This document shows positions 1-8,627 of a stretch of DNA of 20,000 nt, in pieces. Numbering within the stretch: the first letter of the stretch is position 1; each line of letters begins with the position of its first letter. The notes under the pieces are model-generated. The model ran no database searches. It worked only from the letters and a program-made list of their open reading frames with translations, and was not told the origin of the DNA. Source of the stretch: an uncultured virus (IMG/VR IMGVR_UViG_3300034105_002081) (Duplodnaviria; Heunggongvirae; Uroviricota; Caudoviricetes). The position numbers were made by a program, and so were the translations under genes. The DNA lies in the IMG/VR virus record IMGVR_UViG_3300034105_002081, positions 51,819-71,818 of that record. One strand, 5' to 3'.

Positions 1-1
1 T

Positions 2-1039
2 ATAAGCAAACCATATGATTCATCAAGCACATTCTCTTCATTTGTTAACTTAAATGGATCAACAGTCAACACGCTCCAGGTAGTAGATGTAGTAACTGAT
101 TCTACTAAACAAATTAGTAAAATACCGGAACAAACAGCTTCTGCAGTCATAAATATAAACGCAGAAAATCCAACACAAAAAGTATATTCAGGAGTACCAG
201 TTTACAGATTGGCACAAATGCCAAAGTATGATAATCCGTATAACTCGTACATACTTGAGGGTATAAACACGGTTCAAGGAAATTATGTTACTCGAATAAA
301 TAATATAGCAAACGAGTCTACTGGTCTGACTACGTGGACTAGTTTAATAAATAAAACAGATAATACTAGACAAGTCTATTCTTTAGCACCTTATCAGATG
401 AACGCAGATTCTATTTCTTTTTCAGGACCAAACCTAAGTAATGTCAGCATGCTTTTGAATTTTAATATTTTTTGTGCAAATGATATTATAGTAAAACAAA
501 GATTTGTTAAAAATGATGAAGTATCAGAAAAGTGGAATATTGGTTTGTATATAAATAATAATGTATATTCAATTCCATCAAATCAAAAGTATGAAACGAT
601 TGAATGGAGACTGCAAAAAGGGGTAAACAAAATTCGCATAGCTATAGATTCTAGCGATAGTGCCTATGGTTCTATTTCTTTAATGGATCAAGAAAGCATC
701 ATGAGATATGGAATCATATACAGCCAATACTATTCATATGTGGACCCTTTGGAGCTAAGATACAATAGAAGTCAAATGGACAATGTATTTACTATAGATA
801 GTGTTTTCGGCAATAAGGAAATTCTAAGCAAGAAGAATATTAAGTCTAATTCTAGAATATTCTATTTTAGCAATAATCCAAACCCTATCACAAAGATAAG
901 GTTTAGGGCAGATTTATTTAGAGGCGTAAGTCCTTTAATGACTCCAGTTTTAAATTCTTATAAAATTAAGTTTAAAAACTCTCAGTCATTTGCTGATATT
1001 TCCGATTCTTTAATAGCTGATAATTCAGCTACCGAATAA
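2..1039 (+). CDS. Putative virion structural protein, 5'-truncated by window edge
   Basis: The frame of ORF 209..1039 is open back to position 2 (ata agc aaa cca...). Ser/Thr/Asn-rich and beta-strand-like. C-terminal 'KIRFRADL...TPVLNSYKIKF' resembles the C-terminus of 1508..2767. Confidence 0.6.
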   Translation: MSKPYDSSSTFSSFVNLNGSTVNTLQVVDVVTDSTKQISKIPEQTASAVININAENPTQKVYSGVPVYRLAQMPKYDNPYNSYILEGINTVQGNYVTRINNIANESTGLTTWTSLINKTDNTRQVYSLAPYQMNADSISFSGPNLSNVSMLLNFNIFCANDIIVKQRFVKNDEVSEKWNIGLYINNNVYSIPSNQKYETIEWRLQKGVNKIRIAIDSSDSAYGSISLMDQESIMRYGIIYSQYYSYVDPLELRYNRSQMDNVFTIDSVFGNKEILSKKNIKSNSRIFYFSNNPNPITKIRFRADLFRGVSPLMTPVLNSYKIKFKNSQSFADISDSLIADNSATE

Positions 1040-1044
1040 CATAG

Positions 1045-1051
1045 TTACTAT
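1045..1051 (+). promoter_or_regulatory. Candidate late-promoter motif TTACTAT
   Basis: Intergenic, starting 36 nt before ATG 1081. The same heptamer is intergenic at 2792-2798, 41 nt before ATG 2833. It also occurs inside CDSs, so chance is not excluded. Confidence 0.35.
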
Positions 1052-1080
1052 TTAAAGCAAGCACAAGTGGAGTCAAATTA

Positions 1081-1498
1081 ATGTCAACAACTTACAAGGA
1101 TCCTAATAAATCGCAACAGATTAGAGAACCCCTTTTTAGAAGGTTCAGGTCTTACTATAGGGGTCCTAGGAGCAGTAAAAGAGAGAATCTAGCTGCGGAC
1201 CAAATATATATAGATATCCAAAGATTATATTTAGAATTAGAATCTATAAATATAAATGTTCTTAATAAAATTAAATTAATTTTAGATAAAGAAAAAGACG
1301 ATAACTTTACAAAATTGGAAGATGATCGGATCAAGAAAATTTTACATTAATTCCGGGTTGGAAGATAGTCTAGAATTTTATGTCAAATGGAAAGATGCAA
1401 CGTCCTACAGTACGGTAACAAGTGCCCATACTATGGACCATTTATCGTCTCGTTTGGCAAATTTAAGATTTAAGATAAACAGATTAGAAAGACAATAG
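1081..1498 (+). CDS. Putative virion protein, apparently split by a +1 frameshift near 1327 (frame 0 1081..1350; +1 frame open 1286..1498)
   Basis: GGAG RBS upstream. The N-terminal motif YRGPRSS..NL...Q.Y.D...LY is shared with the next gene. The +1 frame continues GSRKFYINSGLEDSLEFYVKWKDATSYSTVTSAHTMDHLSSRLANLRFKINRLERQ* and fills the gap to 1508. Confidence 0.55.
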
Positions 1499-1507
1499 GA
1501 AAATTAT

Positions 1508-2767
1508 ATGACAGAGTTTATAAATACAGAAAGAAAAACTTCACAGTATAATGGTCCAGTTAATAGTTCTGACTTTAATTTAAAAATAGAACAAAATTAT
1601 CAAGATTTAGTGCAGCTTTATAACAGGTCTGGGATAATAGACCAAAAATTAAATGAAGCTTTTGAACGAGTTTTAAAAGATCACCTATTTTTGTCCCAAG
1701 CTGTATCTGACATGGAAGATAGAATCGGTGCAATAGAAAACTCCTCTCTTTCACAAAAGCAGCTCTCTATATACAACTACTCACAGCTTGACCCAGTCAG
1801 CTTACTGAATACCTCATACGCAGTATCCAGTGCAGAGATGCTAAGCTTTGACTATATCAATAATATATTAACCCTTCCTAAGATAGACGGATCTTCACAC
1901 TCTAAATTAAAGTTCTTTAATAATTTTACAGGACAAATAGTTCCAGATTTTTTTGAATCAAAAATAGAAAACTCTTTTGTCAGCGTAGATACTCCAGGTG
2001 CTTTGGTAGACACTACACCTATCTATCACGCAGTTTTGGACAATTCAGAAAAATTTTGGAAGAGAAACATTATCACTGAATCCGCATCAGGACTTAACGC
2101 ACAAACATACGTCTACATAAAAATACCAACAGCGTATGGAGGAAGCGATAAGAGCAACTTTGTTAGCATGACCCCTTATCCTATATTTGGTGTTGATATC
2201 CTATCTATTGAATATACATCCAACTCAAACCCTACATTAACCCAGACAGACGGTTGGACGCCTCTTAACTTTAATAGATATTATGACGGAGTAGCTGAAG
2301 CAGTTGGAAAGGTCCCGCCTGGTGGATGGTCAGTTGCAGGAACCGATGTAATTTTAAACTCAGGACCAATAGGTTTCTATATGCCGCCAACAACAGTCAC
2401 GGCAATAAGAATTAACATGAGACAAAGAAATTACATTAAAGAAAATGGCAAATACGTATATACGTATGGACTGTCAGACCTCGATATTAGAGCAGACAAA
2501 TTCATGCCAAATGGAAGAACTATAGTACGCTTTAACGCCCCTCAAGATACCCTTATCTATGAAGTGACTGATGTTATACCCAAGATATATAACGTTCCAC
2601 CAGAGCTTATGGCTACAGCCTTTAGCTACAGGGTTCTATATAAAGACTCTGGCGTCTATAGCGAGGATCCTATAGCTTCAAGTACAGTATGGGTTGAGGT
2701 AACTTTAAATCAATTAGGAGACGGAACATCTCCTGTTTTATCAGATTTAATAATTAAATACAATTAA
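1508..2767 (+). CDS. Putative virion structural protein (N-terminal coiled coil, beta-rich body)
   Basis: 419-aa ORF with AGGA RBS, N-terminal YNGP..S motif and helical heptads, and C-terminal 'SPVLSDLIIKY'. Confidence 0.6.
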   Translation: MTEFINTERKTSQYNGPVNSSDFNLKIEQNYQDLVQLYNRSGIIDQKLNEAFERVLKDHLFLSQAVSDMEDRIGAIENSSLSQKQLSIYNYSQLDPVSLLNTSYAVSSAEMLSFDYINNILTLPKIDGSSHSKLKFFNNFTGQIVPDFFESKIENSFVSVDTPGALVDTTPIYHAVLDNSEKFWKRNIITESASGLNAQTYVYIKIPTAYGGSDKSNFVSMTPYPIFGVDILSIEYTSNSNPTLTQTDGWTPLNFNRYYDGVAEAVGKVPPGGWSVAGTDVILNSGPIGFYMPPTTVTAIRINMRQRNYIKENGKYVYTYGLSDLDIRADKFMPNGRTIVRFNAPQDTLIYEVTDVIPKIYNVPPELMATAFSYRVLYKDSGVYSEDPIASSTVWVEVTLNQLGDGTSPVLSDLIIKYN

Positions 2768-2791
2768 AGATTAAAAAAGTAAGATTCCATT

Positions 2792-2798
2792 TTACTAT
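2792..2798 (+). promoter_or_regulatory. Candidate late-promoter motif TTACTAT (TATAAT follows at 2804-2809)
   Basis: Intergenic repeat of the 1045 motif, upstream of a strong AAGGAG RBS. Confidence 0.35.
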
Positions 2799-2832
2799 AT
2801 CACTATAATTATATCGCAATAAGGAGAGCTAA

Positions 2833-3462
2833 ATGACTACATTTTACGTAGGACCAAGACCAGTTTTAAAGGGTCAAAATACCAAAGAGATGGTAAACCC
2901 ATACACATCAATGACTGGTAAAGTAAAAGGTGCTGGAACATATTCGTACTACCCCCTTTATAGTACTAGCCACGTTCTTGATGGCTCTCCAGATAACCAC
3001 CACGTACCAGGTACTGGGTACTTCCCTGGTGATGTATTTATGTCCCAACTTTTCACAGGAATTGGTGGTACACTATACATCCATCCATTAGCTGGAACAT
3101 TCCAGGATGGTGCTAACTACGATGGTTCAAGATTCCGTCCAATGGAATACAAGGGTATTACAGGAGCTAAAGCTTTCCCTACAGCCTTTGGACACGAAGA
3201 AAGAGAAAATGACTACAAGCTTAGACAGTACCGTTTCAAGGGCGTTACTTCAGCAGAAGCATTTGCAAGCACAGGTCATGGCCAAAGAACAGAAGCACAA
3301 GGAGCACCATCATCTTTTGGATATTTTATTCCAGAAGAGCACAAGGGCGTTACTAGCTCTGTAGTTTTTACATCAGGATTTGGTCAATCAAATGAAGTTG
3401 GAGATTATGGTAGAAAGAAAGTCCAAGAATGGAAAGGCGTTGCATCTGCAAAAGCTTTGTGA
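2833..3462 (+). CDS. Gly-rich repeat protein, probable abundant virion component
   Basis: Strong AAGGAG RBS, frequent TAC/TTC/CAC/GGT codons suggesting high expression, and four internal KG[IV][TA] repeats. Confidence 0.55.
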   Translation: MTTFYVGPRPVLKGQNTKEMVNPYTSMTGKVKGAGTYSYYPLYSTSHVLDGSPDNHHVPGTGYFPGDVFMSQLFTGIGGTLYIHPLAGTFQDGANYDGSRFRPMEYKGITGAKAFPTAFGHEERENDYKLRQYRFKGVTSAEAFASTGHGQRTEAQGAPSSFGYFIPEEHKGVTSSVVFTSGFGQSNEVGDYGRKKVQEWKGVASAKAL

Positions 3463-3721
3463 TTATTACTCTAATCCAATTATTTTAGAGAAAGATCATA
3501 GAAAATCTGGTTTAGCGGCTTGGGCAATTCTACTGGGCGGAATTATTGCATATGATACCTATGCAATAAGAAGTCAAAAGATAGAAACTTTAACAAGAGC
3601 ATTCTGGAGACTAACAGAAGAGCCAATAAAGAAAATCATTCCGATAACAATGTGGGTTGGGCTAACTGCACATTTGTTAGTTGAAAAAGAAGTAAGAAAA
3701 AAAAAGTTTAATAACAGTTAA
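3407..3721 (+). CDS. Small two-TM membrane protein
   Basis: GGAG before ATG 3407 (start uncertain; overlaps the upstream gene). Hydrophobic segments LAAWAILLGGIIAY and IIPITMWVGLTAHLL, plus a basic C-terminus. The pattern recalls small actinophage membrane proteins. Confidence 0.65.
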   Translation: MVERKSKNGKALHLQKLCDYYSNPIILEKDHRKSGLAAWAILLGGIIAYDTYAIRSQKIETLTRAFWRLTEEPIKKIIPITMWVGLTAHLLVEKEVRKKKFNNS

Positions 3722-3746
3722 CCCGACAAGCAAATTAAGTAGCCTA

Positions 3747-3755
3747 TGATATACT
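3747..3755 (+). promoter_or_regulatory. Candidate extended -10 promoter TGaTATACT
   Basis: TGn + TATACT in the intergenic gap; no convincing -35. Confidence 0.4.
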
Positions 3756-3776
3756 CTATAGGTGTCAACATTGAAC

Positions 3777-3812
3777 TCCCGTCCTATTTATATAGGACGG
3801 GATTCGATTTTT
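3777..3812 (+). terminator. Rho-independent terminator-like hairpin
   Basis: Perfect 11-bp stem TCCCGTCCTAT-ttat-ATAGGACGGGA followed by TTCGATTTTT, at the boundary between structural and metabolic genes. Confidence 0.7.
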
Positions 3813-3857
3813 ATACAGCAGTTTTACATCTTTTTACAAAGATAAAGAGGATTGAAT

Positions 3858-4559
3858 ATGTCTTTACAGGAGTTGACAAACGTGATTGAAGAGGGAACTC
3901 TATCAGTTGATACAGCTCAAAAATATTTAAACGTTTACATAGGTGATAGTGATTGGGCTAAGCATATTAATCAGCTATGGTTAAACTTGGAGAACAAAAA
4001 TAGAAATCAAGAAATTTCAAAAGAAGAAATAAAGAAGATAATATCTTGTACACTATTACTTCCAACTTACGAAAAGACTACAATACCAGATCCAGTTCAC
4101 CCTATACTTTTTTGGTGCACCACATGGGGGCAGCTAAAGGAAAGAGATTGGTTCTCTTTACTTAAAGACGTGATTAAAAAAGATATCTTAATTCAAAATA
4201 ATAGGAAGAATTTATTAGGTTTAGGGGTTATAGATCCGATAGACTATTCCCCATTAACCAGACAAGCTTACAATTGGTTATACTCTGAAGCTCAAAATGC
4301 AGGTATAATTAATGAAGGTAATAAAAAAGAAATATCAATAAAGCTACAGAATCTAGTAAGAATTTATGGTGGAGCAGTAATATCAAATATTTTCAGCAAT
4401 CATAAAAGCTCTTTAAATAAGATCCTCAATTGGAGAAGTGGTTATTTTTTTGAAAGAGAAATATACAACGTTTATTCTTATGATCAAATTCATAAAATAA
4501 AGCAGTTAGAACTACAGAAACTAAACCCAAAATTTATTAAAACAATCAATACAAAATAA
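3858..4559 (+). CDS. Hypothetical protein (helical, Trp-rich)
   Basis: AGAGG RBS 7 nt before ATG 3858; no motif recognised. Confidence 0.75.
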   Translation: MSLQELTNVIEEGTLSVDTAQKYLNVYIGDSDWAKHINQLWLNLENKNRNQEISKEEIKKIISCTLLLPTYEKTTIPDPVHPILFWCTTWGQLKERDWFSLLKDVIKKDILIQNNRKNLLGLGVIDPIDYSPLTRQAYNWLYSEAQNAGIINEGNKKEISIKLQNLVRIYGGAVISNIFSNHKSSLNKILNWRSGYFFEREIYNVYSYDQIHKIKQLELQKLNPKFIKTINTK

Positions 4560-4571
4560 CCAGGAGAAGAA

Positions 4572-6683
4572 ATGGAAAACCAAACACTACCACAAGAAAA
4601 CATCGTACCAACAACAACCACGAGTAATAAAACTCCATCTATTTTTTCTTTTAGAATTAGCGATGACTTTTTAGAAGGTTACAGAAGCAAGAAACCTCCT
4701 TTTGGCTACAAGGACGCTGCTGGAAACTCTGTTGGTGAGATCACATTCTTGAGAACATATTCACGTCTGAAAGAAGATGGGACTAAAGAAACTTGGGTAG
4801 ATGTTTGCGAACGCGTAATTAACGGTATGTATTCTCTTCAAAAAGATCACTGTAAATCTAGTAGACTACCTTGGAACGATGCTAAGGCTCAAGCTAGCGC
4901 AAAGGATGCGTTTGATCGTTTGTTCAACTTAAAGTGGACTCCACCAGGACGTGGATTATGGATGATGGGAACTCAGATTGTAAACGTACATAAAAACTCA
5001 GCAGCACTGCAAAACTGTGCTTTTGTAAGTACGTCTGAAATGTCAAAGTTTAATCCAGCAAAACCATTCAACTTCTTAATGGAAGCATCAATGCTTGGTG
5101 TTGGTGTCGGGTTTGATGACAAAGGTGCTGATAAAGATTTTACTATTCATCAACCAAAAGAAACAATTTCAGTTGATATAATCACTGATGATAGAGAAAG
5201 CTGGGCAAGAGCTACTGGTGATCTTATAAATTCTTACCTTAAGCCAGATCAGCAAACGATTGAGTTTGACTATTCTTTGATTAGACCATTAGGAGCTCCA
5301 ATTAAAACATTTGGCGGAACCGCTTCTGGCCCAGCTCCTTTGATTAAGCTACACAATGCCATTAGGAATATATTCAACGGACGTGGAGGGGAAAAGCTAA
5401 CACGTAAAGACATAGCTGATATAGGTAACCTCATTGGCGTATGCGTTGTATCTGGAAACGTTAGACGTTCAGCTGAACTTCTAATTGGAAGAATAGACGA
5501 CCAAGATTTTCTTAACTTAAAAAATGCAGAGGTATTTCCTGAGCGTAATTCATATGATCCAAATTCACCAGGTTGGGGATGGATGTCTAATAACTCAGTA
5601 GAGGTTTCTGTTGGACAAGATCTATCTCCAATCGTAGATGGAATTTCCAGAAATGGTGAACCAGGTGTTATCTGGATGGACATGGCACGTAAATATGGAA
5701 GACTTGCCGACGCACCAAATAACAAAGACCACAGAGTTGCAGGATTCAACCCATGTGCAGAACAATCTCTTGAGTCATACGAATGCTGTACTTTGGTAGA
5801 GACTTATCTTGGCAGACATGATTCATTAGAGGACTTCAAGCGTACTCTTAAGTTTGCATATCTTTATGCTAAGACTGTGACACTTCTACCGACACACTGG
5901 GAAGAAACAAATGCTATTATGCAGAGAAATCGCCGTATCGGTGCTTCAATGTCTGGTGTTGCTGACTTTGCTGACATCAACGGTATGCCAGTTCTTCGTG
6001 AATGGATGGATCAAGGTTATAAAACTGTTACAAGATATGACAATATTTACTCTGAATGGTTGGGCGTACGTGAGTCCATTAAGATGACTACTGTTAAACC
6101 ATCAGGTACGGTCTCAATCCTCGCAGGAGAGTCTCCTGGGGTTCACTGGACGCCAGGTGGTAAGTACTTCAATAGAACCATTAGATTTTCTAATGATGAC
6201 CCAATGTTACCACTATTCAAGATGGCTAACTATAAAGTAGAACCAGCAGCGGAATCACCGGATACTACATCTGTTGTTTACTTCCCAATTAAGTCAAATG
6301 CAAAAAGATCTGAAAAAGATGTAACAATTTTTGAAAAGATAGCTCTTGCGGCAGCTGCTCAAAGATACTGGTCGGATAACTCAGTATCAGTAACTGTTTC
6401 ATTCAATGCTGAAACGGAAAAAGAACATGTTGGCACAGTATTGCATATGTATGATGGTCAGTTGAAAACGGTATCATTCTTGGCAACAGGAAATGACACG
6501 TATCTGCAGATGCCATACACCCAAATTACGGAAGATGAGTACAATCAAGAGGGAACCATGAAGTTATTCCCAATTGATTTCTCAGGCGTGTATGCAGGAA
6601 TGGCAGCAGATGCTATAGGAGAGTCTTACTGTACTACTGACTCATGTGAAATTAAATTGATAAAAGAAAACAACAAACAATAG
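4572..6683 (+). CDS. nrdJ: Class II adenosylcobalamin-dependent ribonucleotide reductase (monomeric RTPR type)
   Basis: Motifs FLRTYSR, PPGRGLW, LQNCAF, GNVRRSA, NPCAEQ, CTLVE, VKPSGTVS and a C-terminal redox pair CTTDSC; AGGAG RBS. Confidence 0.95.
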   Translation: MENQTLPQENIVPTTTTSNKTPSIFSFRISDDFLEGYRSKKPPFGYKDAAGNSVGEITFLRTYSRLKEDGTKETWVDVCERVINGMYSLQKDHCKSSRLPWNDAKAQASAKDAFDRLFNLKWTPPGRGLWMMGTQIVNVHKNSAALQNCAFVSTSEMSKFNPAKPFNFLMEASMLGVGVGFDDKGADKDFTIHQPKETISVDIITDDRESWARATGDLINSYLKPDQQTIEFDYSLIRPLGAPIKTFGGTASGPAPLIKLHNAIRNIFNGRGGEKLTRKDIADIGNLIGVCVVSGNVRRSAELLIGRIDDQDFLNLKNAEVFPERNSYDPNSPGWGWMSNNSVEVSVGQDLSPIVDGISRNGEPGVIWMDMARKYGRLADAPNNKDHRVAGFNPCAEQSLESYECCTLVETYLGRHDSLEDFKRTLKFAYLYAKTVTLLPTHWEETNAIMQRNRRIGASMSGVADFADINGMPVLREWMDQGYKTVTRYDNIYSEWLGVRESIKMTTVKPSGTVSILAGESPGVHWTPGGKYFNRTIRFSNDDPMLPLFKMANYKVEPAAESPDTTSVVYFPIKSNAKRSEKDVTIFEKIALAAAAQRYWSDNSVSVTVSFNAETEKEHVGTVLHMYDGQLKTVSFLATGNDTYLQMPYTQITEDEYNQEGTMKLFPIDFSGVYAGMAADAIGESYCTTDSCEIKLIKENNKQ

Positions 6684-6692
6684 AGGTTTAAG

Positions 6693-7061
6693 TTGACAAA
6701 CAGAAGTGAAGAAGATGATTTTGATAAAAAATTTTCTGAAATAATGGAATTGTCAAATATCGAAGATCTTGATACTTTTATAAAAACAGAAGCATTTCAA
6801 TCAATTAAAGAAAACATATTATTATTAAATGCATTAAACGAATTAAGTCAAGAAATTAATTCTATTATAATGTGTATAATTAATGAATCACCAATTAATT
6901 TGACTGAAGATATGCAAGATACATTATCTACAATTTATAAATTATCAATTGATTTCGTTGATGATATGATAGAATTGAATAGTATAGGATTAGAATTAGA
7001 GTTTGATTCAGACATAGAATTTGACTCTTATGACGATGAGGAAGAAGAAGATGAAGACTGA
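6693..7061 (+). CDS. Highly acidic hypothetical protein
   Basis: GAGG RBS and TTG start; acidic tail EFDSDIEFDSYDDEEEEDED. Confidence 0.7.
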   Translation: MTNRSEEDDFDKKFSEIMELSNIEDLDTFIKTEAFQSIKENILLLNALNELSQEINSIIMCIINESPINLTEDMQDTLSTIYKLSIDFVDDMIELNSIGLELEFDSDIEFDSYDDEEEEDED

Positions 7062-7785
7062 ACTTGTTTCTGAATTAGATCAGAACGAAAACTTTATACC
7101 AGTTTTAGATAACGGGTATGTAAGATTAATTGACCATATGGGTACAGACTTATCGATTGTAAATGCAGCAAGAGCTTCTTTTGCTAAAGAAAAAAAAGAA
7201 TTGAGCCCAGCAGACGGTAAGCTCATAGATTTCTTGGCTAGAGAAAATCATATGTCTCCTTTCAGACATGCATTTTTAACCTTTGAGTTTAAAGCTCCTT
7301 TGATGGTAGCTAGACAGCACTGGAAGTACGTAGTCGGTTCTGACCACACTATGGACTCATGGAATGAATCTTCTAGAAGATACATAACTATGGATCCAGA
7401 GTTCTATCTGCCAAAAGCAGAAGAGTGGCGTTTAGCTCCTGACGATAAAAAGCAGGGTTCTGGTGGACCAGCCGATTTCTTCATGGGATCTCTTCTGTAT
7501 AAAGAGCTAGAAGAATACTGCATGAAGGGTGAAGCGCTCTATAATATGGCTATGGAAAATGGCATTGCACCAGAACAAGCTAGATTATTCTTACCTGCTT
7601 ACGGTATGTATGTAACATATAGATGGTCTTGCAGTCTGCAATCTGTTGCGCTTTTCTTAAATCAAAGATTAGCTGAAGATTCACAGGTCGAGATACAAAA
7701 ATATGCAAGAGCAGTATATCTTTTGTCTCAACCTAAATATCCAGTATCCATGTCTAGATTAGTTGGCGCTTACAGTGGTCATTAA
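7051..7785 (+). CDS. thyX: Flavin-dependent thymidylate synthase (variant signature)
   Basis: Motifs IVNAARAS, HMSPFRH, APLMVARQ, WNESSRRY, GIAPEQAR.FLP and QVEIQKYA. ATG 7051 is the likely start. Confidence 0.9.
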   Translation: MKTELVSELDQNENFIPVLDNGYVRLIDHMGTDLSIVNAARASFAKEKKELSPADGKLIDFLARENHMSPFRHAFLTFEFKAPLMVARQHWKYVVGSDHTMDSWNESSRRYITMDPEFYLPKAEEWRLAPDDKKQGSGGPADFFMGSLLYKELEEYCMKGEALYNMAMENGIAPEQARLFLPAYGMYVTYRWSCSLQSVALFLNQRLAEDSQVEIQKYARAVYLLSQPKYPVSMSRLVGAYSGH

Positions 7786-7939
7786 TATATTAATAGCTTT
7801 ACTCTTCACCCTATGTGTCAATTGGTCAGTTACTTTAAACCTAGCTATACAGCGTTCTGAAGATGGTAGACAAAGAGCTATACTAATAGCAATTACTGTT
7901 TTAATATTATTTATTACTGGTTTTCTCATAGCTATTTAA
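7775..7939 (+). CDS. 54-aa two-TM membrane protein (not in ORF track)
   Basis: GTG start; MVINILIALLFTLCVNWSVTLNLAIQRSEDGRQRAILIAITVLILFITGFLIAI*; fills the gap between thyX and the deaminase. Confidence 0.65.
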   Translation: MVINILIALLFTLCVNWSVTLNLAIQRSEDGRQRAILIAITVLILFITGFLIAI

Positions 7940-7944
7940 AACTT

Positions 7945-8391
7945 ATGACAAATAAAAATAAACAATACATTCAGCTGTGTAGTTCAGCTAGCTCTATCTT
8001 TTCTACATGTGGTAAAAAACAATATGCTGCTGTATTAGTCGACAAGTATGATCATATAGTTGGCATGGGATACAACGGTGGTCCTAGGGGCTTTCCTCAC
8101 TGTAAAGATGGTGGGTGTCCTAGACTAGAGCAGATGTCTATCAATGGATCTAATTACGACAATTGCATAGCAGTCCATGCAGAAGCAAATGCGTTGTTAC
8201 ATTCAAATTATAGTTCTGAGCCTAAAAAAATATATGTAAATGGTCCTCCTTGTTTTTCTTGCGCAAAATTAATAGCTAATAGTACGATAGAAGAAGTTTA
8301 TTACATAGCGGACAAGTGCTATAATAATTGGGAAGACATTAAGACCTTTCTTAACAAAGCTAAGGTATCAACATTTGAGATGGAAATATAA
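7945..8391 (+). CDS. dCMP deaminase (ComEB-like)
   Basis: Motifs STC, GYNGGP, HAEANA and PCFSC (zinc site). Confidence 0.92.
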   Translation: MTNKNKQYIQLCSSASSIFSTCGKKQYAAVLVDKYDHIVGMGYNGGPRGFPHCKDGGCPRLEQMSINGSNYDNCIAVHAEANALLHSNYSSEPKKIYVNGPPCFSCAKLIANSTIEEVYYIADKCYNNWEDIKTFLNKAKVSTFEMEI

Positions 8392-8627
8392 TGGCAGCTT
8401 CAAAGCTAAATTACTTGGTTATTTATAAAAATCATAGTCAAGTTTATGGTTGTTCTTCAAAGAAGATAGCAATAGAAAGTCCTCCCCCAGAAGGTTATAC
8501 GGAAGAAGACAAAAATATATTGTTTGTTACTTTTGAACCAGACACTGACAACCTATGTGTTTACAAGGTAGACAAAGAAGAAGAAATAATAACAACGAGT
8601 AAAAGAAAGAAAAAGACAGATGACTAA
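8391..8627 (+). CDS. Hypothetical protein
   Basis: TAATG coupling to the upstream gene; 78 aa. Confidence 0.7.
   Translation: MAASKLNYLVIYKNHSQVYGCSSKKIAIESPPPEGYTEEDKNILFVTFEPDTDNLCVYKVDKEEEIITTSKRKKKTDD

Noticed and set aside
3107..3364. 85-aa alternative-frame ORF inside 2833..3462
   Set aside because: The Leu/Gln/Lys-rich composition is the typical shadow of a codon-biased gene; no independent motif or GC anomaly.
5270..5749. Antisense ORF in nrdJ, plus other antisense or nested ORFs (9116, 9777, 12290, 12582, 14230, 15739, 16520, 17966, 18700)
   Set aside because: All overlap well-supported plus-strand genes and have no recognisable features.
4572..6683. Intein or intron in nrdJ (also checked for the helicase)
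   Set aside because: Lengths are normal, motifs are contiguous, and no splice-junction or homing-endonuclease motifs were seen.
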